IMG/VR virus record: IMGVR_UViG_3300042526_000097
Span: 1-64,000 of that record
Source of the DNA: a virus
Strand: one strand, 5' to 3'
Length of the DNA: 64,000 nucleotides
Part shown: piece by piece, positions 1 to 5,598 of the stretch
Position numbering within the stretch: position 1 is the first letter of the stretch
How the letters are laid out: every line of letters begins with the position of its first letter
Translations under genes and position numbers: made by a program
The notes under the pieces: generated by a model
Told to the model about the DNA's origin: nothing
The model's database searches: none
The model's input: only the letters and a program-made list of their open reading frames with translations

Positions 1-71
1 AGTCAGGACAGGATTTGAACCTATATTCTCCCTCCCTTTAGAGCTGTGTTGCACAATTACACCACCTGACC
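1..71 (-). tRNA. tRNA-like element with degenerate anticodon arm (3' discriminator lies outside the window)
   Basis: Minus strand reads GGTCAGG-TG-GTGT-AATTGTGCA-ACAC-A-GCTCTAAAGGGAGGGAGAAT-ATAGG-TTCAAAT-CCTGT-CCTGACT. Acceptor stem, D stem and T arm all pair, but no canonical 5-bp anticodon stem can form. Confidence 0.7.
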
Positions 72-80
72 TATTATCAT

Positions 81-998
81 CTAATCATTCCATTGAATGT
101 AAATATAGTCATTGTTGTTGTGTTCATCACGGTGAACAGGATAAGAACTTGGATTTTCTTTACAGAATTTTATCACCCACTCAAATGCTGACAAAGACCA
201 TTGTTTGTTAGCAGTAGGTAAGTAAACAAGTATATGATCACCTTCAATCTGTACATTACAACTCCAATAATTAGGATTACCTGCTTTTTCTACAGCTAAT
301 TCAATAGCTGATTTAGTAACAGGAAAGCAATTAGGATGACTTAATTTAATGACGTCTTTCCACGCATCACAAGCTATATTGTGTAGTCTAATAATAGATT
401 CTACTGTTGTAGTGCCATCAACTTTAAAGTTGTCATTAATGAATTCTCTTTGAGATGCTGTAGCTGCTTCATAATACTGATTTAACAGCTCACGTGAGAT
501 TCGAATAGTTTTGGTAGTGTCCATACTTGGAGTTGTCGTTTTTGAGGTTATTGTTTTAAATTCTTCTAATGTAATAGTCCTATACCCTGAGTGGTTGTCT
601 AAGAAGGTTTTTATATCCCCACACCAATAATTGCTGTTATCAGTAGGATGTTCTGACAATAGTGTAAAGCTTACAATAGGTTCAGCAAAGACTGAGTTTG
701 GATTAGTCTTTTTCCACCAAGGTACTAAGATGTCTTCATTTTCTCTTGTTATCTCAATAACCCACTTGTCTGACTGAGACTTCCAAGGGGTATATACTAA
801 GTTCAAGAATGTTTCATAAGAGATGATAGGTCTAACCTGGTAGAATCCTTCATTGTCATTAATCCATGTTTTGTCATTAGTAATAAATCCATTACCTACC
901 CAACCAAAATTTCTCCATTCTAAAAGTTCAAGGGTGTCTGTATCTTTATTTTTACAAGCAACACACCATTGTTTTGGCAATAATTCTTTTTTACTCAT
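81..998 (-). CDS. Hypothetical protein with two copies of a small domain (KxWxI/V ... I(S/T)xExF)
   Basis: Long ORF; ATG at 998 (MSKKELLPKQWCV) follows an A-rich leader. Internal similarity between LPKQWCV...ISYETFL and DKWVIEIT...ITLEEFK. Confidence 0.75.
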   Translation of the reverse strand: MSKKELLPKQWCVACKNKDTDTLELLEWRNFGWVGNGFITNDKTWINDNEGFYQVRPIISYETFLNLVYTPWKSQSDKWVIEITRENEDILVPWWKKTNPNSVFAEPIVSFTLLSEHPTDNSNYWCGDIKTFLDNHSGYRTITLEEFKTITSKTTTPSMDTTKTIRISRELLNQYYEAATASQREFINDNFKVDGTTTVESIIRLHNIACDAWKDVIKLSHPNCFPVTKSAIELAVEKAGNPNYWSCNVQIEGDHILVYLPTANKQWSLSAFEWVIKFCKENPSSYPVHRDEHNNNDYIYIQWND

Positions 999-1061
999 TG
1001 TTTTATTATGTTTTAAAAGTTTAAGAAGAGAAGGCAGTTTCACACCACCTTCTCATAATGA

Positions 1062-1277
1062 TTATTTAATTCTACTGTTATGTTCTTCCATATCACACAT
1101 ACGTGCAAAAGGAATCCAAATGTAACACAAAAAAAGTGCATACATCTGACCTCCACTACAAAGAAGTTCTCTGTAGTTTGTGTTGCCTATAAAAGCAACT
1201 ACTCCTGTAAGGATTAAGTAGCTAAGAAAAGCAATTGAAAGATACTCTATAAGGTATCTTGTGTTTGAATACTTCAT
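1062..1277 (-). CDS. Small membrane protein (2 hydrophobic segments)
   Basis: 71-aa ORF with hydrophobic stretches; start overlaps the upstream stop (ATGA). Confidence 0.7.
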   Translation of the reverse strand: MKYSNTRYLIEYLSIAFLSYLILTGVVAFIGNTNYRELLCSGGQMYALFLCYIWIPFARMCDMEEHNSRIK

Positions 1278-1429
1278 ACTTTTTGTTTTAGAAGGTAAAT
1301 AAATAGGGTTATGATTAATAAGGTCAAGAGCTCAAAGGCTAACATAGAGTTTATGTTTGTAGTCAGCATTGAGTACATTAAGCCTGCCATAGACAGGACT
1401 AGTGCAAGGAATAAAAGGTTTTGTTTCAC
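1274..1429 (-). CDS. Small membrane protein, 51 aa (not in the ORF track)
   Basis: GTG at 1429 gives MKQNLLFLALVLSMAGLMYSMLTTNINSMLAFELLTLLIITLFIYLLKQKV*. Its TGA overlaps the next ATG, and it has an A-rich leader. Confidence 0.65.
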   Translation of the reverse strand: MKQNLLFLALVLSMAGLMYSMLTTNINSMLAFELLTLLIITLFIYLLKQKV

Positions 1430-1464
1430 GATGGTTTTGTTTTTAATGTGATAAATAGGGTTAA

Positions 1465-1734
1465 TTAGGCTTGCATCTCGTAGAAATTAACATTAGAGAA
1501 GTTCTCAATAAGGTAGGATATAACTCCAATAGGTAAACCACTTGCATAGTTTTTACCATCTGGAGATATAGTACCATGTATGAGTCTGAACTTATCTATT
1601 CTTAAAAAGTACTTCATCTTATCTGATGATTCATAGTAGTATTGGATACTCTCTTCAGGTACTACATCTACTTTTGTGATGTTGATGTTCATTTGATAGG
1701 CACAAGCATTGACAAGTAATTCTTTTGGCGACAT
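1465..1734 (-). CDS. Hypothetical protein directly downstream of the twister ribozyme
   Basis: 89-aa ORF; ATG preceded by the A-rich leader (AAAACAAAACT) typical of Bacteroidota. Confidence 0.7.
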   Translation of the reverse strand: MSPKELLVNACAYQMNINITKVDVVPEESIQYYYESSDKMKYFLRIDKFRLIHGTISPDGKNYASGLPIGVISYLIENFSNVNFYEMQA

Positions 1735-1761
1735 AGTTTTGTTTTGAATGTTTTAGAATGA

Positions 1762-2077
1762 TTGTTTAGTTATCCCTCTGCACTCAGTTGTAATCACTTT
1801 ATAACAACATCAGGCGGAATACCGCAATCAATGTTGGTCATCAGACTTACACTTTTTGTTACAACTGCTCACCCTTGGGAGCTGATTAACTTTAGTTACA
1901 GGCAATATTACCTTCCCCTACAGAGCACCCACTCTATTGTGAGATTTATCTATAGCTTCGTTTGTTAATCAGGTAGTTTCACATCTTAAATGTACTTGTA
2001 TTTCTACAAAGGGATAATAGTCCTTCAACCATTTAAGATGCTTATGCTACGTGAGTTGTGGTGCATTAATAAAACAA
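1762..2077 (-). ncRNA. Twister ribozyme (type P1) with large structured insertions in L4 and P5
   Basis: Minus strand reads TTA-T-T^AA-TGCA-CC-ACAA-CTCAC-[170 nt]-TCCC-AA-GG-GTGAG-CAGTTGTAA-[65 nt]-TTACAACTG-AG-TGCA-GA-GGGA-TAA. P1, P2, P4, P5 and both pseudoknots (TCCC/GGGA, CC/GG) pair in the order of the twister consensus. Confidence 0.85.
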
Positions 2078-2094
2078 GGATGTAGAGTCCTTGT
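2068..2094 (-). terminator. Terminator-like hairpin overlapping the 5' arm of twister P1
   Basis: ACAAGGA-CTCTACA-TCCTTGT followed by TTTATT on the minus strand. Confidence 0.4.
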
Positions 2095-2119
2095 GTGAGT
2101 CCTTTAAGTTAATAAAGGT

Positions 2120-2197
2120 TTAGTCGTTTACTTCTAAGAGCCACTGCTTGAGTGTACCTAAGAAGACCAGAGATCCCTGGTTGTCGTATACTGCCAT
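2120..2197 (-). CDS. Possible 25-aa peptide (MAVYDNQGSLVFLGTLKQWLLEVND)
   Basis: Short ATG-TAA ORF co-oriented with neighbours, upstream of the ribozyme; no other support. Confidence 0.3.
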   Translation of the reverse strand: MAVYDNQGSLVFLGTLKQWLLEVND

Positions 2198-2662
2198 GAG
2201 GTTAAAACATTATAGTTTATTAGTTATTTAAGGTTTGTTAAAGTAAGTGGAAGGGAATGATAGGGAGCTTGTAGGTGTATGTAAGGGATAGAATAGGTGG
2301 TTAAATGGTGTTGAAGGTGTAGGAAGTTGGAAGGATTTATAGTTGATTAAGGTGTTGGAAGTAGTCAAGAGGATAGGGATAAAGCAGTATAGAACTATAA
2401 GTCAGAGAGATGAAAGGACAAGAAGAGTTCTAAAAGACTGTTTTGATGGAGGGAAGTTCTAGGGTGTCTCAACCTGACATACAGACTAAAAAGATTGAAG
2501 AGTCTTTTATCTTTTATTGCTCTACAACCTAATGTCTATAGGACTTTCAAGTTGTCAGTAGTCTACAAGTCAGGGAAGGAAATAAAAGAGTTCTTTGTCT
2601 TTTATTATGCCACAAGTAGTCTTGACGTGACGGGAAGAAAAGAAAAGAAAAGCACGTTGGAG

Positions 2663-2780
2663 AACTTGCAGTTAGGAGGAAGCCTTGCACAAACTTGCAG
2701 TTCGGTCACGAAGTGACAAACTCCTGAGACTGTGTAGACGAAGTCGGAACAGTTGAAGGGTATTATGAGACGAAGTCTCA
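2663..2780. repeat. Array of triloop mini-hairpins (3x AC-GAA-GT core; 2x AACT-TGC-AGTT)
   Basis: GTCAC-GAA-GTGAC 2705-2717, GAC-GAA-GTC 2737-2745, TGAGAC-GAA-GTCTCA 2766-2780; AACTTGCAGTT at 2663-2673 and 2692-2702. Confidence 0.8.
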
Positions 2781-2790
2781 ACCTTTTAGG

Positions 2791-2826
2791 ACAACAAGAG
2801 AAGGAAGCCCATAACAGGCTCCCCTC
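2791..2826 (-). terminator. Probable intrinsic terminator after the 2881-3612 gene
   Basis: Minus strand GAGGGGAGCCTG-TTA-TGGGCTTCCTTC followed by TCTTGTTGT. Confidence 0.5.
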
Positions 2827-2880
2827 GTCTCATTGAACTCACACAAAACCTCATACTATCAGGTGTTGAACACCTTAGGT

Positions 2881-3612
2881 TTATGCGTCTGCAAGTGCAG
2901 AAATCTGTGCGTCTGACCAACCTGCTTGAGTCAAGGCCTCAACACTGTAAACTGTACCGTCACTCATCTTCTTCATAGAAGGTGGTGTAGGTCCTGCCAT
3001 TACAGGTTGTGGAACTCCTTGTGGTGCAGGTGCAGAAGGTGCAGAGATAGGTGTTGCAAGTGCAGTTCCAAAACTACGTTCTGTACTCTTAGCAACTTGT
3101 ACATTTGAACTTACTCTGTTCAATGTCCACGCAGATTTAACCTCTCCTGTCTTCGTGTCTGTCCACGTGTCCTTTTTCAACATACCCAATGCCTGTCCAT
3201 AATTCTTCAAGGCATTTAAGTCTGCATTGTCCTCCCAAATAGAGGCACGAACTGTGTACTTGTCTGCAATCTTATAGAATGCATTTCTACAATCCTCTGC
3301 TGTTGCAAATGGTTGAGTCAAGAATGCATTAATTTCAGTTGCGAAGGCATTGAAGTTCACAACAGTTGTAGAGGATACTACATACTTACCCTTTACACCG
3401 TTTGCAGTGTTTGCAGGTAATGCCTGTTGTTCTTTACCCCAAATCAATGAAGCCTCAACAGGTGTTCCCTCTACAGGGTCAATTTCCTTGAACTTCAAAC
3501 GCATAACTGCACTCTTTGCCTGCTCTACTGTCTGTGAAGAACGAAGTGAAGGCTGTTGTGGTGTTGCTGTGGATGCTGTGGGTGTCGGTGTTTGCTCAAT
3601 TAATGTAAGCAT
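2881..3612 (-). CDS. Hypothetical early protein, possibly ssDNA-binding-like
   Basis: 243 aa with a compact core, a Pro/Ala-rich linker and a short C-terminal module (YSVEALTQAGWSDAQI) resembling the tails of some phage SSB-like proteins. The function is inferred. Confidence 0.75.
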   Translation of the reverse strand: MLTLIEQTPTPTASTATPQQPSLRSSQTVEQAKSAVMRLKFKEIDPVEGTPVEASLIWGKEQQALPANTANGVKGKYVVSSTTVVNFNAFATEINAFLTQPFATAEDCRNAFYKIADKYTVRASIWEDNADLNALKNYGQALGMLKKDTWTDTKTGEVKSAWTLNRVSSNVQVAKSTERSFGTALATPISAPSAPAPQGVPQPVMAGPTPPSMKKMSDGTVYSVEALTQAGWSDAQISALADA

Positions 3613-3656
3613 ATCTGTGGTGGACTGTTATACTCCCGTCCGTGGAGTTAAGTTAG

Positions 3657-3699
3657 TACTATGGCAAGGAATCGAACCTTGCTAATAACCATTCATAGT
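3657..3699 (-). ncRNA. tRNA minihelix-like element (acceptor stem plus T arm only)
   Basis: Minus strand ACTATG-AATGGTTATTA-GCAAGG-TTCGATT-CCTTGC-CATAGT-A: canonical T loop on a 6-bp stem, coaxial with a 6-bp acceptor-like stem; D and anticodon arms absent. Confidence 0.6.
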
Positions 3700-3872
3700 T
3701 AAGACATTACAACATACGGTGGTGGTGGTGTAGGTAAGTTAAACACACTTACCAATCCTACTGCAGGATGACAGTATTCGTGCACCAATATGAATCCTTG
3801 TAACAAGAACAAGGTCTTTACTTCAGGGTAAGACAGCCCTCTTCCTAAGCAATAATCTTCTGTAAGTTGCAT
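3699..3872 (-). CDS. Small hypothetical protein (first gene of the leftward unit)
   Basis: 57-aa ORF from ATG 3872, co-oriented with neighbours. Confidence 0.5.
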   Translation of the reverse strand: MQLTEDYCLGRGLSYPEVKTLFLLQGFILVHEYCHPAVGLVSVFNLPTPPPPYVVMS

Positions 3873-3911
3873 AGTGTGTGTGTTCAGCACTCCTGTCCAC
3901 GAGTTTAGTTA

Positions 3912-4200
3912 TGTAGCCCTAAATTCCTTTCAACAGGAAACGTGTACGGCTACTTTCCACGCAAGAATTAGTAGGGGGGACTCATCCTAAGGTGGTCTCT
4001 CCTCTTTGACATACACATAGTTTTTTAAAATAAGAAGGTGGGGGGTGTCTTTATAGTTCTAACACCTAGGGGGTACTTTATGACCTTAAGGTACTAGGGG
4101 GCCTATGAATTTAAAAGAATTTTAAAAATTTCTTTACTACTCTCCCAAGGGTTTCAGAGGAATCCTATAGTTGCTTGTTGTTTGGTATGAAAAAAAACCA
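3912..4200. other. Divergence region between leftward and rightward gene blocks, with phased G-runs
   Basis: Gene orientation flips here; G5-6 runs at 3974, 4040, 4069 and 4097 in an AT-rich background. Confidence 0.6.
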
Positions 4201-4201
4201 T

Positions 4202-4209
4202 TAACTTTG
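4202..4209 (+). promoter_or_regulatory. Bacteroidota sigma-A type -7 box (TAACTTTG)
   Basis: Matches TAnnTTTG, with TTTG upstream at 4181; first promoter of the rightward block. Confidence 0.65.
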
Positions 4210-4244
4210 TGGGAGTGATTAACTACTTAAAACAACTATTTAAA

Positions 4245-4697
4245 ATGTCAGAAGATTTAAACCTCCCTGAAGAGATGGAACAACAAGAACCATCTACACC
4301 ACAAGTATCAGACTCTACAACTTCAATGCCTGAAGAGTATACAGTAGATAGTACTGAGACACCTCAGTTTGAAGAGCCTACTACAACTGAAGAACCAATC
4401 AAAGATGGTTGGGCAGTAATGAGAGATTATCTCTCTCAGTCTGAAGAAGTAGAACCTACTATCAAAGCATTAATGGACAAGTATGCTGACTCGCACGCTG
4501 TGAAAGTCTACAAGTCTGAAGATGAGAGTGAGTGGGAACTATTCCTAGTACACCGGTCTTCATTACCTACACACCAAACATGCAAGACACTTAGAGATAT
4601 TATCTCAAGTGGAGTTGAAGGACCTAACAAGTACGGAATGCACACGTGGATTCATGGTACTAAGGAAGAAGTCCTTGAGGCATGTACAACACTATAG
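4245..4697 (+). CDS. Acidic hypothetical protein
   Basis: ATG 4245 (MSEDLNL) after an A-rich leader; Glu/Thr/Pro-rich N-terminus. Confidence 0.75.
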   Translation: MSEDLNLPEEMEQQEPSTPQVSDSTTSMPEEYTVDSTETPQFEEPTTTEEPIKDGWAVMRDYLSQSEEVEPTIKALMDKYADSHAVKVYKSEDESEWELFLVHRSSLPTHQTCKTLRDIISSGVEGPNKYGMHTWIHGTKEEVLEACTTL

Positions 4698-4698
4698 T

Positions 4699-4929
4699 AT
4701 GCTTGAAAAAAAGACTTGTAACCTTAAGTTATACAAAGAGACATCTCTCAGAACAGGGATACCTCCTCACCAAGTAGAAGAATTCTTTAGAGTTGTATGC
4801 AACTACACTGAAGAGGTTATATCAAGAGGAGGGTATGAAACTGTTATGTGGCCTAACTTTGGAAAGTTTAAAGTAAAACCTAAACAAGTACAATACCTAG
4901 CCAATAAGGATGTCATACAAAAGATATGA
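4699..4929 (+). CDS. IHF/HU-like small DNA-binding protein
   Basis: Helix-helix followed by ETVMWPNFGKFKVK, matching the HU/IHF V.l.gFG.F motif; position near the terminase is typical of crAss-like phages. Confidence 0.65.
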   Translation: MLEKKTCNLKLYKETSLRTGIPPHQVEEFFRVVCNYTEEVISRGGYETVMWPNFGKFKVKPKQVQYLANKDVIQKI

Positions 4930-5594
4930 AACTATTCGAAGTAAATGAATTTGGGGAAGCCGTGGTTAACAAACCGTGGCTTTCTCTTATACCAGAGTTC
5001 CAGAACTTATTCAGACTAGCAGGTGGTAAAGTCTCTTATGAAAGATCAGATGGTAAGAAGTATATAGCTTACATCTACTTTATGTTAGACTTCTCTTCAC
5101 CGCTAAGGGAATGGGAGGAAGAAAAAAGAAGGTCTGAGGCTCTTAGATATACCGGCCTTACTGAAGCAGACCTTAAACAACCTAAAGTAAAAGCTGCAAT
5201 AGATTACTATGAGATGTTACAGACTTCTATCTGTAGAGCATTAAGGTCTTACAAGGCTGCACAGAAAGGACTTGATAAGATGGATGAGTACTTTGAACAT
5301 ATAGACTTTACCCAAGTAGATAAGCAAGGTAAACTCCTATACACTCCTAACCAATACATTGATAACATAGCCAAGACTAATAAGGCTTATGATGAACTAG
5401 AGAAACTAGCCAAGAGAGTCGATACTGAACTTACTCAATCTAGTGGTATCAGAGGTACTGCAGAATTAGGAGAAAGAGAGTTAAGACGTTCAAGAGGTAT
5501 AGCTGATGAAGGGGAAGAGTCTTGGAATGAAAAGACAGAACAAGCAGATAGCCCAATGAACTTTGTAGATCTAGGAGATATACTTAACAAATAA
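4926..5594 (+). CDS. Protein upstream of TerL (putative terminase small subunit)
   Basis: 222-aa helical protein immediately before TerL; assigned by synteny. Confidence 0.6.
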   Translation: MKLFEVNEFGEAVVNKPWLSLIPEFQNLFRLAGGKVSYERSDGKKYIAYIYFMLDFSSPLREWEEEKRRSEALRYTGLTEADLKQPKVKAAIDYYEMLQTSICRALRSYKAAQKGLDKMDEYFEHIDFTQVDKQGKLLYTPNQYIDNIAKTNKAYDELEKLAKRVDTELTQSSGIRGTAELGERELRRSRGIADEGEESWNEKTEQADSPMNFVDLGDILNK

Positions 5595-5598
5595 ACTG

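Noticed and set aside
1800-1846. Hammerhead ribozyme suggested by CTGATGA followed by a stem (minus strand)
   Set aside because: No GAAA follows the stem and stems I/III cannot be built; the segment is explained as the twister P5 insertion.
1973-2050. Hammerhead suggested by stem-GAAA-CTAC in insert domain A
   Set aside because: No CUGANGA core or stem I; it is an internal loop.
2490-2790. CRISPR-like mini-array
   Set aside because: Repeats are only 7-11 nt with variable stems, no constant 25-45 nt repeat, and no cas genes.
3613-3656. HDV-like (theta) ribozyme at the 3' end of the tRNA minihelix
   Set aside because: Only a simple H-type pseudoknot can be drawn; no nested double pseudoknot or G-initiated P1 at the tRNA 3' end.
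853-3685. Plus-strand ORFs 853-1125, 1762-1968, 2495-2716, 2926-3108 and 3350-3685
   Set aside because: Antisense to better-supported genes or overlapping structured non-coding elements; non-ATG or context-free starts.
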